A stretch of 62,245 bases of DNA from Thermoleophilia bacterium (GCA_025928655.1 JAICJC010000004.1:1-62245); one strand, 5' to 3'. Positions 37,342-48,064 are shown, numbered from the stretch's first letter. Translations and numbers: made by a program. Notes: generated by a model from the sequence alone, not told the origin.

Positions 37342-37782
37342 GTGAAAGCCAACCGCTCGATCCCGCCGCACACCGTCGTTCCGGTGCTCACCTATCCCGA
37401 CGTGCGGGCCGCGGTCGACTGGCTGGCCGCGGCATTCGGGGCGATCGAGCGTGTGCGGATCGGCGAGGGCCATCGCGCCCAGATGAGCATCGGCGACGGG
37501 GCGTTCGTCGTCGCCGAGCCGACTCCCACGAGGCATCCGCCGGACTGCTCCCAGCAGGTCTCCATCTCCATCATGGTTCGCGTCGAGGATGTGCGGGGCC
37601 ACTGCGCGCGTGCCCGCGCCGCCGGTGCCGCCGTCGTCGACGAGCCGGCCGATCACGTGTACGGCGAGCGGCAGTACAGCGCAACGGATCTCGCGGGCCA
37701 TCGCTGGACATTCACCGAGTCGATCGCCGACGTCGCTCCGGAGGAGTACGGCTCCAGGACGGTCGAGGCATGGGGCCATTAG
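37342..37782 (+). CDS. VOC/glyoxalase family protein
   Basis: VPVLTYPDVRAAVDWL...YGERQYSATDLAGHRWTF. Confidence 0.8.
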   Translation: MKANRSIPPHTVVPVLTYPDVRAAVDWLAAAFGAIERVRIGEGHRAQMSIGDGAFVVAEPTPTRHPPDCSQQVSISIMVRVEDVRGHCARARAAGAAVVDEPADHVYGERQYSATDLAGHRWTFTESIADVAPEEYGSRTVEAWGH

Positions 37783-37922
37783 GTATGCGCTGGGGCCGCC
37801 CGGCCCGGTAGCGTGCGCCCATGAGGACGGTGCGCGGCGACATGGTGCAAGACGCGCGACGGCCGGCACGAGGTTCTCCGCGGACGCCGTCGCCGTCTAC
37901 AAACCCTCACGCCGGGTGCGCG

Positions 37923-38510
37923 TCAGCGCGACGTCCACACGCAGGCGACGAGAGCCGCCCCGGCCAGGAGTCCGCCCACGACCTCCGAGAGCGGGTGCAT
38001 CCCCGTCGTCTCCACGAGCGCCGCGTTCGAGACCGCCCAGACGACGAGCGGGACACGGGCGGCCGGCCAGGCGGCTGCGAGGGCCCCGGCCACGATTACG
38101 CCACGCATGGTGTGACCGGACGGGAAGCCGTCGTGAGCGTGCCAGGGCAGGCGGTCGGCATCGACGTGGGCACGCACCACCAGGCGTTTGCCGACGACCT
38201 CGATCGCGACGCCGGCGGCGAAGACGAGGATCCATGCCGCCCGGACCCTCGCCGGGCGGCGCATGGCCATCGCGCCGACGAGCAGCAGGAGCGGCGCCGC
38301 GACCGGCCCGGCGGGCGCGGTCAGAAGACTCCAATCCCCCCTCCGCAGCGGCTGGAGGTGCATGGATGCGAAGTGGTCGAGCCCCTCAAGGCGACCCTGG
38401 CGCACGGCGGCTGCCAGGATGGCGAGGGCGGCGAAGAGCATGGCTGCGAGAGCCCGGGCGGCGACCGCCCGGCGCCCTCCGGCCGGCCGAACCCTGCCTC
38501 GCCTGGACAT
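37923..38510 (-). CDS. PAP2-family membrane phosphatase
   Basis: K..V.R, FPSGH and H-PLSEVVGG with TM helices. Confidence 0.7.
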   Translation of the reverse strand: MSRRGRVRPAGGRRAVAARALAAMLFAALAILAAAVRQGRLEGLDHFASMHLQPLRRGDWSLLTAPAGPVAAPLLLLVGAMAMRRPARVRAAWILVFAAGVAIEVVGKRLVVRAHVDADRLPWHAHDGFPSGHTMRGVIVAGALAAAWPAARVPLVVWAVSNAALVETTGMHPLSEVVGGLLAGAALVACVWTSR

Positions 38511-38551
38511 GGCGGTCTCGCCGGCCCCGACCGCCCGCGGCGTCGTGTGCC

Positions 38552-39529
38552 TCAGTTCCGGTAGACCCCGGCGGCGGGGTCGTCGACGATGCCGCTCCGG
38601 AGCAGCGCCATGATCTCGTCGATGCCGTCCCCCACCGTGTACCGCGGGCGGTAGCCGAGGGTGAGGTCGATCTTCTCGAACGCGACGCGGTAGTCGCGCG
38701 GGTCCTCGTCCTTGTGCACGTACCGCACCCGGGCATCGGGGAGACGCTGCTGCAACAGCTCGACGATGTCGACCTTGCGGTAGTTCTCCTCCGTGGATCC
38801 CACGTTGAAGACCTCCCCGTCCACCGCATCCCGCGGTGCGTCGAGCACCGCGCCCACGGCGCGGGCGGCATCACGGACATGGACGTACGGCCGCCAGAAC
38901 TGCTCGCCGAAGACCACGAGCTCCTCGCCGAGCACGAGGTCGCGGGTGAACTCGTTCACCGTGAGGTCGAACCGCATGCGCGGCGACGAGCCGTACACGG
39001 TCGCGAACCGCAGACAGCACGTCTCGAGCCCGTTGCGACCCTTCGCCAGCACGTCGAGCTCGGCCGCCACCTTGGTCCGCGCGTAGAGCGAGACCGGCCG
39101 CAGCTCGAACTCCTCCGTCGCGAGGAGGTCGCCGGGCATCTTGCCGTAGTTGCTGCAGGTTGACGCGAACACCAGCCGCCTGACACCCAGCTCCTCGCAG
39201 TCGGCCAGGAGCGCCCGCGTGGCGTCGAGGTTGACCTCCTGCGCAAGCTCCGGCCGGCGCGCGCAGGCGGGATCGCCGACGATCGCCGCGAGATGGACGA
39301 CCGAGTCCACGCCGGCCAGGGCGGCCCGCCTGATGTGCGGGTAGAGGACATCGCCGCGCACGAATTCGAAGCCGGGCCGCCCCCACGCTCCCAGCAGTGA
39401 AGGGACGCCGCCGTGCAGCAGGGCGTCCAGGACCCGCACCCGCGTGCCGCGGGCAAGGAGCTCGTCCACCACGAGTGAGCCGACGTAGCCGGCGCCCCCG
39501 GTCACCAGTGTCCACGGTCGTGCGCTCAT
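38552..39529 (-). CDS. NAD-dependent sugar epimerase/dehydratase
   Basis: TGGAGYVGS, HLAAIVGDPAC, YARTK, RFATVYG. Confidence 0.9.
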   Translation of the reverse strand: MSARPWTLVTGGAGYVGSLVVDELLARGTRVRVLDALLHGGVPSLLGAWGRPGFEFVRGDVLYPHIRRAALAGVDSVVHLAAIVGDPACARRPELAQEVNLDATRALLADCEELGVRRLVFASTCSNYGKMPGDLLATEEFELRPVSLYARTKVAAELDVLAKGRNGLETCCLRFATVYGSSPRMRFDLTVNEFTRDLVLGEELVVFGEQFWRPYVHVRDAARAVGAVLDAPRDAVDGEVFNVGSTEENYRKVDIVELLQQRLPDARVRYVHKDEDPRDYRVAFEKIDLTLGYRPRYTVGDGIDEIMALLRSGIVDDPAAGVYRN

Positions 39530-39741
39530 CGGGTGATTGTTCCATTGCAGCGGCCGCGCGCCTACGCTCCGAACGGCCGGTCCGCGTGGGTCGGACCGGG
39601 GCGTGCGATCCGAGGGTCGCCCCCCAACCCGGCCAGGTTCCCCGCCCGCGGCTGGTCGTTTGGGGAGCCTTTGGCGGGGGACGCGAGGCCGGTCTGGACA
39701 TCGCCCGGCCCGGGGGTATCCTCGGCGCGCCGGTTGCCCGC

Positions 39742-40650
39742 ATGTCCGTCACCACCCCGCCACCCCTCCTCCACGCCGGAATCGCCTTGGTGCCCGTGCC
39801 GCTCGAGACGCCGTCCGATCCGGCTGCACCGATGCACGCATTCACCGTGGACGTCGAGGACTGGTACCAGTCCTGCATCGACTACGACGCCCCCATCACC
39901 GCGCGCGTGCTCAGGAACACCGGCACCATCCTGGAGGTGCTCGACGGGTGCTCGGTGCGGGGCACGTTCTTCGTCCAGGGACGAGTGGCCGAAACCTTCC
40001 CCGGGATGGTGGCGGAGCTCGTCGCGGCCGGGCACGAGGTGCAGTCGCACGGATACAGCCACCGGCCCCTCGACCGCATGGCCCCCGCCGCGCTCCGGGA
40101 CGAGCTGGCGCGGGCGAAGGCGACCGTCGAGGACGCGGCCGGCGCGGAGGTGACCGCCTTCCGGGCGCAGGACTTCTCTGTGCTTGCCGGGAATCTGTGG
40201 GCGCTCGAGGCGCTGGCCGAGGCCGGATTCACGACCGACTCGTCGATCTTTCCGATGCGCGTTTCGCGCTACGGGATCTCGGGATGGCCGCTCGAGCCCC
40301 ACCGTCTCATCCTGGGCGTCGGCTCCATGCTCGAGGTTCCCGTGGCCGTGTGCGGACTCGGGCGGCTCCGGATTCCGGTGGCCGGCGGAGGCTATTTCCG
40401 GCTGCTGCCGGAGCGCATGCTCGAGCGGGCCATCCGGGCGATCGGTGCCGACGGGCGGCCCGCGGTGATCTACTGCCATCCCTACGAGTTCGCGCCCGGC
40501 GAGCTCGCCGGCCATCCCGGGCTCCCGTGGAAGCTGCGCGTGACGCAGGAGATGGGCCGGCGGGCGTTTGAAGGGCGGATGACGGCGCTGCTTCGACGCT
40601 TGCGCTTCGGGCGCCTCGACGAGGTGCTCGCGGCATGGGGCGTCCGGTGA
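39742..40650 (+). CDS. Polysaccharide deacetylase (DUF3473-type)
   Basis: TVDVEDW, SHGYSH, DSSIFP, GGGYFR, HPYE; alternative start at 39832. Confidence 0.85.
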   Translation: MSVTTPPPLLHAGIALVPVPLETPSDPAAPMHAFTVDVEDWYQSCIDYDAPITARVLRNTGTILEVLDGCSVRGTFFVQGRVAETFPGMVAELVAAGHEVQSHGYSHRPLDRMAPAALRDELARAKATVEDAAGAEVTAFRAQDFSVLAGNLWALEALAEAGFTTDSSIFPMRVSRYGISGWPLEPHRLILGVGSMLEVPVAVCGLGRLRIPVAGGGYFRLLPERMLERAIRAIGADGRPAVIYCHPYEFAPGELAGHPGLPWKLRVTQEMGRRAFEGRMTALLRRLRFGRLDEVLAAWGVR

Positions 40651-41393
40651 CGCTCGTCTACCTGACCACGGACGACCCGCTGTACCTGCCGGCGTTCTTC
40701 GACCGCGTCCTGACCGCGCGGCCCGACACTGCGGCCGTGTTCGTCGTCCCGCCCCTGTACCGCGACCAGACGCCGATCGCCGCCGCCCTGCGCTATCTCC
40801 GCACGTTCGGGCTCCGAGCGACCTACGAGCTCGCGGCGCGGACATTCGCGGCCAGGGCACGGCGCCGTTCGATCCGGGCGACCTGCGACGAACACGGCGT
40901 CGCGTGCTTCGCGGTCGACGACGTCAACGACACGGACGTGCTCGACCGGCTCGGCGAGCTCGGCACTGACGTCCTCGTCTCCGTCAGCTGCCCGCAGATC
41001 TTTCACCGCCCGCTGATCGAGCTACCGGCGCGAGGGTGCCTGAACGTGCACGGCGCCATCCTGCCGGAGTACCGCGGCGTGCTCCCCAGCTTCTGGATGC
41101 TGGCGAACGGCGAGGCTCGCGCGGGCGTCTCGGTGTTCTTCGTCAACGACACCATCGACGGGGGAGACCTGTGCGGGCAGCGGGCCTTCGAGATCCGCCC
41201 CGGCGAGTCCCTCGACAGCCTGTTGCGGCGATCGAAGGCCGTCGCCGCCGATCTCGTCCTGGAGGTGCTCGACGACATCGAGGCCGGGACGACCGCGCGT
41301 CAGCCGCTCGAGGCCGGCCGCGGCTCGTATTACTCGTGGCCGGACCGCGCCGCCGTTCGCCGCTTTCATGCGGCGGGCCATCGCGTCTGGTAG
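40635..41393 (+). CDS. Formyltransferase (sugar N-formyltransferase-like)
   Basis: LNVHGAILPEYRG, IDGGD. Confidence 0.82.
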   Translation: MGRPVTLVYLTTDDPLYLPAFFDRVLTARPDTAAVFVVPPLYRDQTPIAAALRYLRTFGLRATYELAARTFAARARRRSIRATCDEHGVACFAVDDVNDTDVLDRLGELGTDVLVSVSCPQIFHRPLIELPARGCLNVHGAILPEYRGVLPSFWMLANGEARAGVSVFFVNDTIDGGDLCGQRAFEIRPGESLDSLLRRSKAVAADLVLEVLDDIEAGTTARQPLEAGRGSYYSWPDRAAVRRFHAAGHRVW

Positions 41394-41538
41394 CCGCGAA
41401 CGCCGGCCTAGCCGTTTGAGGGGTTCTCCCCGGCTGGTCTTGAGCCGCGGCGGCCGGGTTCGTAATGTCGTAGGCAGTCCAGAGGAGGCGGGAGCCGCGG
41501 CATCGCCGCCGGCCTTCGACCCCTCACCGCGAACCGTG

Positions 41539-41562
41539 AGGAGGAGGAGGAGGAGGAGGAGG
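41539..41562 (+). repeat. (AGG)8 microsatellite forming the RBS of the priming transferase
   Basis: Eight perfect AGG units directly before ATG 41563. Confidence 0.85.
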
Positions 41563-42303
41563 ATGGCGACGAGTCCGATGGAGCGCCGTGCCGGGCCGAT
41601 CGATGCCGCGGCGACGCGGCTGCTGGACGTCACGCTGGCGCTGGTCCTGGCCGTCATCTCGATCCCCGTCGCGCTCGTGGTCGCCATCGTCGTCAAGATG
41701 GACAGCCCCGGGCCGGTGTTCTACCGCTGCCGCCGCGTCGGCCTTCAAGGGCGGCCGTTCGGCATGCTGAAGTTTCGCAAGATGTACGACGGCGCGCGGG
41801 GGCCGGGCCTCACCGCGACCGAGGACGGCCGGTTCACGCGGGTGGGACGCGTGCTGGCACGGTCGAAGCTCGACGAGCTGCCGCAGCTCTGGAACGTGCT
41901 GCGCGGCGAGATGAGCCTGGTGGGGCCCCGCCCGGAGGATCCGTCCTTCGTGGCCACGCGTCCGGACGACTTTGCGCCGGTCCAATCCGTGAGGCCCGGG
42001 ATCACGGGCCTCTCCCAGCTCGCGTTCGCGGACGAGAGCGCGATCCTCGACGCGGACGACCGCGTGCGGGACTACCTCGACCGCATCCTGCCGCAGAAGA
42101 TGGAGCTGGACGGCTTCTATGCCTGCAGGCGGAGCCTGGCGATGGACATCCGGATCCTGTTCTGGACAGTGGTTGCGGTCGTCTTCAGACGCGACGTGGC
42201 AGTGCATCGCGGCACGGGCCGCACGAGCCTGCGCCGCCGGCCGCGGCCGGCCATGGCGCCGGTGGGGCGCCCCGCCCCCGCGCGGGCGCACGCGCCGCGA
42301 TGA
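41563..42303 (+). CDS. Priming sugar (phospho)transferase
   Basis: DSPGPVFY, KFRKM, LDELPQLWNVLRGEMSLVGPRPE, RPGITG. Confidence 0.9.
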   Translation: MATSPMERRAGPIDAAATRLLDVTLALVLAVISIPVALVVAIVVKMDSPGPVFYRCRRVGLQGRPFGMLKFRKMYDGARGPGLTATEDGRFTRVGRVLARSKLDELPQLWNVLRGEMSLVGPRPEDPSFVATRPDDFAPVQSVRPGITGLSQLAFADESAILDADDRVRDYLDRILPQKMELDGFYACRRSLAMDIRILFWTVVAVVFRRDVAVHRGTGRTSLRRRPRPAMAPVGRPAPARAHAPR

Positions 42304-42361
42304 CCATGGGCCGCCGACGTGGCCGCGGCGTGGGCGGACGGCCGCGCGCGCTGGGGCCCGG

Positions 42362-43663
42362 ATGACGCTTGCCGACGTGACGACCGCCCCGCCGCGCTGG
42401 GGAACGCGGCAAGGCGCCGCTCGTCCGCCGCGCCTCGGGGTGGACGAGCGCGCCGGATCGCGGAGGCTGCCGCTGGCCCTGACGGCGGCGGTGGTCTTCA
42501 TGCTTCCGGTGACCGTTCCCCGCGGGCCCGGGAACCTCGGCCCCGCCGACCTCTTCATTGTCATGGCGATTGCAGCCTGGCTGTTTTCGGCCGCGGCGGG
42601 CGGGGAGAAGATCCGGTTCCCGTACGCGCTCGGGATGGGGCTGCTCATGGCCGGCGGGGCGATCGGTGGCCTCGCGGGCCCGCTCCCCGACGCGGCGCTG
42701 CTCGCCCTGGTGCAGGATCTCCTGCTGCTCGCCTGGTGCTGGACCCTGGTCAACGTGTGCCGGAGCCCGGAGAGGGCCGGCGTCGTGCTCAACACCTGGG
42801 TGTACGGCTCCATCGTGTGGGTCCTCCTGCTCTTCGTCGGGCTGGCCACCGGCGCGGCCGCGCTGACAGGTCGAATCCCCACCGAGGGGAGCCGCACGGC
42901 GCTGACCTTCGGCGACCCCAACGTGTGCGCGAACTACTTCTTCGTGTCCCTTGCGATCATCTGGGCGACGGGCCGGCCCCGGAATCGCGTGGTTCGGACA
43001 CTGGTGTCCGGGGCGATGATCGCGGCGATGGTCACGACCGGGTCGAACAGCGGGCTCGTCTCGCTCGCGGTCGGCCTGTCCGCCAGCCTCGTCTTCGCGA
43101 CATACCGGCGGTCGGGCCTGATCCCGGCACTGGCGGCGACCGCCTGCATCGTGGTCGTCGCGGGCGTGGGCCTGTCGACGGTCAGCCTGCACTCCATCCA
43201 GCGGCGGGCCTACACGAGCGGCTACGCCGTCCTGCGGGACGGGATCGGACGCGGCCAGGCCAGCGTCACCGAGCGCAGCAGGGTCCTGAGCGAGAGCCTC
43301 AAGCTCTACACGGAGGGCGGCCCGCTCGGCGAGGGCCCCGTGTCCACCAAGCCGCGGATGGAGGCCGCGATGGATCCCTACCCGAAGGAGGCTCATGACG
43401 ATTACTTCGCGGCCCTGCTCGAGCGCGGCATCGTCGGGGCACTGGGACTCGTGATCCTGATCTCCGGCATGCTGGTCCGCACCGGCTCCCTTCTGCGCCG
43501 GGGAGCGGAGCCGCTCGGCGGCGTGCTCCGCAATCCGCAGGCGCTCGCCGCGGGCGTGGCCGGCACGATGACGACGATGGCCGTCTACGAGCTCCTGCAC
43601 GTCCGGCACGTCTGGGGCCTGTTCGCCATCATCGCGGTCGCCGCAGCGTGGGAGCGACGGTGA
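42362..43663 (+). CDS. O-antigen ligase/polymerase (Wzy-like)
   Basis: Multi-TM; FGDPN, TGSNSG, EAHDDY..ERGIVG. Confidence 0.8.
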   Translation: MTLADVTTAPPRWGTRQGAARPPRLGVDERAGSRRLPLALTAAVVFMLPVTVPRGPGNLGPADLFIVMAIAAWLFSAAAGGEKIRFPYALGMGLLMAGGAIGGLAGPLPDAALLALVQDLLLLAWCWTLVNVCRSPERAGVVLNTWVYGSIVWVLLLFVGLATGAAALTGRIPTEGSRTALTFGDPNVCANYFFVSLAIIWATGRPRNRVVRTLVSGAMIAAMVTTGSNSGLVSLAVGLSASLVFATYRRSGLIPALAATACIVVVAGVGLSTVSLHSIQRRAYTSGYAVLRDGIGRGQASVTERSRVLSESLKLYTEGGPLGEGPVSTKPRMEAAMDPYPKEAHDDYFAALLERGIVGALGLVILISGMLVRTGSLLRRGAEPLGGVLRNPQALAAGVAGTMTTMAVYELLHVRHVWGLFAIIAVAAAWERR

Positions 43664-44985
43664 CGGCGGCGCGCCGGAGCGCTCGACGCCTCGTCTCCGG
43701 GTCGTTCTCCACCCTCCTCGCCAACGTCGGCGCGCGCGTCGTGGCACTCGCCAGTGTGGGCGTCTGCACCCTGCTGATCGCGCGGGCCGACGGGTCCGCG
43801 GGCGTCGGTATCTACGCGCTGCTCCGCGTCCTGCCGGGGTTGGCCGGTGTCGTGATCTCGTGCGGTCTGCCCGGCGCCGTGGCCTACTTCCTGGCCGGCC
43901 CGACCCGCGACGACCGCCGGCTCGCGGCGACCGTCGCGGCGATGACCCTGGCGGGCGGATGTGCCGGCGCGCTGTGCTGGCTGGCGCTTGCCCCGGTCGC
44001 CGGCGATCGACTGTTCGAGGGCGTCGGGACCGTGCTGGTCGCGTGGGCCGGCGCCGCTGTCCTCACCCAGCTGATCGTCGCGACGGTCAAGTCGTGCGCC
44101 CAGGGCAGCGGCGATATGCGCGGGGCGAACCTCGTGATCGTGAACGAGGAGCTCATGTTCCTGCCCGCGTACGGGCTGCTCTGGGCGGCCGGCGTGACCG
44201 GCGACACCGCGCTCGTCGCCGCGCTGATCGCGGCCGACGTCCTCACCTTCGTGTGGGCGCTCGCGCGCCTTCGCCGACGGGGGTTCTTCCGGGGCGCGCA
44301 GGCACCGTCGCCCGCGCTGGCGCGGCGGATCGCGGCGTACGGCCTCCGCGCACAGGTGGGAGGGATCATGACGCTGCTCAACCTCCGGCTCGACTTCATC
44401 CTGCTGAGCGTCATGGCCGGGCCGGCGGTGCTCGGCGTGTATGCGATCGCGTCCAAGTTCGCGGAGCTCGTGAAGGTTCCGGCGATGGCCCTCACCTACG
44501 TGCTGTACCCGCGCTACTCGCGCGAGGGAGGCACGGCGGCGGCCGCGGACGCACGCCGTCTGCTGCCCCGGGCCGGGGTGTCGCTGGGGGCGGCGATCGT
44601 GCCGCTCTGGTTCGCCGCGGGGTGGCTGATCCCCGCCCTCTACGGGGCCGCGTTCCACCCCGCCGTCGTCCCGGCGCGGATCATCCTCGTGGGACTCGTC
44701 CTGGAGGGAGTGGCCGGGGTCCTGACGGGGTTCCTCTACGGCATCGGACGGCCGGGCCTGAACTCGTGGGCGATGGGGGCGGGTCTCCTGGTGACCGTCG
44801 TCCTCGACCTTCTGCTCATCCCGCCGTTCGGCTCGACCGGCGCCGCAGTGGCGTCCGCATCCGCCTACCTCGTGAGCTCGCTCGCACTCGTCGCCTGCTT
44901 CCGGATGGTGCAGTCACCATCTGCGCCGAGGGCCCCGACGGCGGTGCCCCAGGCAGACGCGGGCCAGGCCGAGCCCGCACACTAG
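43660..44985 (+). CDS. Polysaccharide flippase (Wzx-like)
   Basis: Multi-TM; RLDFILL, GVYAIA, LLIPPFGSTGAAVAS. Confidence 0.82.
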   Translation: MTAARRSARRLVSGSFSTLLANVGARVVALASVGVCTLLIARADGSAGVGIYALLRVLPGLAGVVISCGLPGAVAYFLAGPTRDDRRLAATVAAMTLAGGCAGALCWLALAPVAGDRLFEGVGTVLVAWAGAAVLTQLIVATVKSCAQGSGDMRGANLVIVNEELMFLPAYGLLWAAGVTGDTALVAALIAADVLTFVWALARLRRRGFFRGAQAPSPALARRIAAYGLRAQVGGIMTLLNLRLDFILLSVMAGPAVLGVYAIASKFAELVKVPAMALTYVLYPRYSREGGTAAAADARRLLPRAGVSLGAAIVPLWFAAGWLIPALYGAAFHPAVVPARIILVGLVLEGVAGVLTGFLYGIGRPGLNSWAMGAGLLVTVVLDLLLIPPFGSTGAAVASASAYLVSSLALVACFRMVQSPSAPRAPTAVPQADAGQAEPAH

Positions 44986-45033
44986 ACCATCGGCCAGTTG
45001 TCCATCACGTACCGGGATCTTACGATCGCTCTC

Positions 45034-45990
45034 ATGAATCGGAACGCAGGCACGGCAGTCGTCACGGGCGGGGCGGGATTCCTGGGATCCCACCTCTGTG
45101 ATTACCTCCTGGCACGCGGCCAGCGTGTGATCTGCATCGACAATCTCGATACCGGATCGCTCAAGAACATCTCCCATCTGGGGCGGGACGACTTCACCTT
45201 CGTCCAGCATGACGTCACCCGGTTCATCGCGATCGACGAGCCCGTGGACGTCGTCTATCACCTCGCCAGCCCGGCGAGCCCCATCGACTATGCCCGGCTT
45301 CCGCTGCAGACGCTCAAGGTGGGCTCGTACGGGACGCACAACGCGCTTGGCCTCGCCAAGGCGAAGCGCGCCCGGTTCCTGCTCACCTCGACGAGTGAGG
45401 TGTACGGCGATCCCCACATCCATCCCCAGCCGGAGAGCTACTGGGGCAACGTGAACCCGATCGGGCCGAGAGGCGTCTACGACGAGGCGAAGCGGTACGC
45501 GGAGGCGATGACGATGGCGTACCATCGCCAGCAGGGCGTCGACACCGCCATCGCGCGGATCTTCAACACCTACGGTCCCCGGATGCGGCCCCGCGACGGG
45601 CGGGCGATTCCGACGTTCGTCCGCCAGGCGCTCGAGGACAAGCCGATCACCGTCTTCGGAGACGGCTCCCAGACGAGAAGCTTCTGTTACGTCGACGACC
45701 TCGTGCGCGGCCTCCACCTGCTCGCGACGAGCGGGGAGCACCTCCCCGTGAACCTCGGCAACCCCGCGGAGTTCACCGTTCTCGAGCTCGCGGAGGCCGT
45801 GATCCGGGTGACCGGTTCGGCGAGCGAGATCGTGCATGAAGCGCTGCCGGTCGACGATCCGCGCGTTCGCCGCCCGGACATCGACCGCGCGACGAGGCTG
45901 CTCGGGTGGTCACCGCAGATCGAGCTCGAGGACGGCCTGCGCCGCCTGCTCGGCGTCGCGCGGCCGCAGGCGGTCGGCGCCGAGCTATGA
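45034..45990 (+). CDS. UDP-glucuronate decarboxylase family
   Basis: [43 protein letters not shown]. Confidence 0.9.
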   Translation: MNRNAGTAVVTGGAGFLGSHLCDYLLARGQRVICIDNLDTGSLKNISHLGRDDFTFVQHDVTRFIAIDEPVDVVYHLASPASPIDYARLPLQTLKVGSYGTHNALGLAKAKRARFLLTSTSEVYGDPHIHPQPESYWGNVNPIGPRGVYDEAKRYAEAMTMAYHRQQGVDTAIARIFNTYGPRMRPRDGRAIPTFVRQALEDKPITVFGDGSQTRSFCYVDDLVRGLHLLATSGEHLPVNLGNPAEFTVLELAEAVIRVTGSASEIVHEALPVDDPRVRRPDIDRATRLLGWSPQIELEDGLRRLLGVARPQAVGAEL

Positions 45991-46000
45991 GCGGAGAACG

Positions 46001-46819
46001 ATGACGGTCGCCGGCACTGACATCACAGCCACGCCGCCTTCCCCGCTCGCCGCCGGCGGCGGCGGCAAGCGCACTCCTGTACAGGCGGTGGTGCTCGCCG
46101 GCGGAAGGGGCACTCGGCTCGCGCCCTACACCTCGGTCCTCCCCAAGCCGCTGATGCCGATCGGCGAGCGTTCGATACTCGAACTCGTCCTCGGTCAGCT
46201 CACCGACTCGGGAATCGAGAAAGTGACGTTATGTGTCGGATACCTCGCTCATCTGATCGAAGCAGTGATCGGCAACCGGTGTCCTAACGGATTGCAGATC
46301 AGGTACGTCCACGAGCAGGAGGCGCTCGGGACGGCCGCGCCGCTGCTGCTGGTCCCCGACCTCGACGGCACCTTCATCGCGATGAACGGCGACATCCTGA
46401 CCACGCTCGACTTCACCGCGCTCGTCAACCATCATCGCGAAATGAAGAACCTGATCACAATCGCGACGCACGAGCGCCCGATCAAGATCGACTACGGCGT
46501 GCTTCGTGTCGGCCGCAACGGGTCGGCGGGACGCGTCGTCGGCTTCCAGGAGAAGCCCGAGATGACATCCACCGTCAGTATGGGGATCTACGTCTTCGAG
46601 CCGCGCGCGCTTGAGTTCATCCCCGCCGGCGGATACTTCGATTTCCCCCAACTGGTGCATGTGCTGCTGGAGGCGGGAGAGCCGATCGGGGTGTATCCGT
46701 ACACCGGGCTGTGGTTCGACATCGGCCGCAGGGAGGACTACGAGCGCGCCGTCGAGGCCTGGCTCCCGGCGGCGACGGCGAGCTCCGAGGCGCTCAAGCT
46801 GGCCGGCGGAATGCGGTGA
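46001..46819 (+). CDS. Sugar-phosphate nucleotidyltransferase
   Basis: LAGGRGTRL..PKPL, LGTA, MNGD, EKP, WFDIG. Confidence 0.9.
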   Translation: MTVAGTDITATPPSPLAAGGGGKRTPVQAVVLAGGRGTRLAPYTSVLPKPLMPIGERSILELVLGQLTDSGIEKVTLCVGYLAHLIEAVIGNRCPNGLQIRYVHEQEALGTAAPLLLVPDLDGTFIAMNGDILTTLDFTALVNHHREMKNLITIATHERPIKIDYGVLRVGRNGSAGRVVGFQEKPEMTSTVSMGIYVFEPRALEFIPAGGYFDFPQLVHVLLEAGEPIGVYPYTGLWFDIGRREDYERAVEAWLPAATASSEALKLAGGMR

Positions 46820-48015
46820 CCCAGGTCGCCGGGGATCACCAGGGCACGGGGGCTCGGGGGACCCTCGACGCGAGCGCGACGCCTTCATGGGTCGTTCCGC
46901 TCTCGGACGTCGATCCCAGCGAGGAGCTCCAGGAGGCGGTGGCGGCCGCCGTGCGCTCGGGTTGGTGGAGCGCCGGGCCCCGGGTCGCCGAGTTCGAGCG
47001 CGCGTTCGCCGGCCTGTGCCGGACCAAGCACGCGGTCGCCGTCGCCAACGGCACCGCCGCCCTCCACCTGGCACTCCTCGCGATCAGGTGCGGGCCGGGC
47101 GACGAGGTCGTCATCCCGTCCCTCAACTTCGTGGCGGGTGCGAATTCGATCGGCCATCTCGGCGCAACTGCGGTGTTCTGCGACATCTGCGACGATGACG
47201 ACCTCACCGTCGACCCTCGTGACGTGGAAGCCGCGATCGGCCCGGCGACGAGGGCGATCGTCGTCATGCACTACGGCGGCCACCCCTGTCGGATGGACGA
47301 TCTGCTCGACATCGCCGCCCGCCGCGGCGTCGCGGTGATCGAGGACGCCGCGCACGCGCCCGGGGCCGCGCTGGCTGGTCGCGCGTGCGGTGCGATGGGC
47401 GCGATGGGCTGTTTCAGCTTCTTCTCCAACAAGAACCTTCCCATGGGGGAGGGCGGCATGGTCGTCACGGACGACGACGAGCTCGAGCGGCGAGTGCGCC
47501 TCCTCCGGTCACATGGGATGACGACGCTCTCGTGGGAGCGGCATCGCGGGCACGCGAACAGCTACGACGTGCTGCTGGAGGGGTTCAACTACCGGATGGA
47601 CGACCTGCGGGCCGCGATGGGGCTGGCGCAGCTACCGGGCCTCCGTGATGCCAACACCGCCCGCGGGCGCATCGTCGCGAAGTACCGGGAGGCGCTCCAC
47701 GGCTTCCGCGGCATCCGCATGCCGTTCGCCCCGCGGAGCGGCACGGTCCCTGCCCATCACCTCGCCGTCATCCTGCTTCCGCCGGGCACGCGCCGGGCCG
47801 AAGTCCGTGCCGCGCTGGCAGCGTCCGGGATCCAGAGCAGCGTGCACTACCCACCCACGCACCGCTTCTCGTGGTACCAGGCACGCGGGCGAGGCCGGCC
47901 CCTCCCCCGCACGGAGGCCGTGAGCGAGCGGCTCCTGACGTTGCCGCTCTACCCCCACATGGACGACGCAGCCGTCCTCGCGGTGGTCGACGCCGTGTCC
48001 GAGGCGGTCCGGTGA
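46816..48015 (+). CDS. DegT/DnrJ/EryC1/StrS sugar aminotransferase
   Basis: NGTAALHLAL, EDAAHA, SFFSNKNL..GEGG, GFNYRM. Confidence 0.92.
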   Translation: MTQVAGDHQGTGARGTLDASATPSWVVPLSDVDPSEELQEAVAAAVRSGWWSAGPRVAEFERAFAGLCRTKHAVAVANGTAALHLALLAIRCGPGDEVVIPSLNFVAGANSIGHLGATAVFCDICDDDDLTVDPRDVEAAIGPATRAIVVMHYGGHPCRMDDLLDIAARRGVAVIEDAAHAPGAALAGRACGAMGAMGCFSFFSNKNLPMGEGGMVVTDDDELERRVRLLRSHGMTTLSWERHRGHANSYDVLLEGFNYRMDDLRAAMGLAQLPGLRDANTARGRIVAKYREALHGFRGIRMPFAPRSGTVPAHHLAVILLPPGTRRAEVRAALAASGIQSSVHYPPTHRFSWYQARGRGRPLPRTEAVSERLLTLPLYPHMDDAAVLAVVDAVSEAVR

Positions 48016-48064
48016 GGCGTCGACCCGTACAGGTCCGCGCGAGCGAGAGGAGTGGCATCCACCC

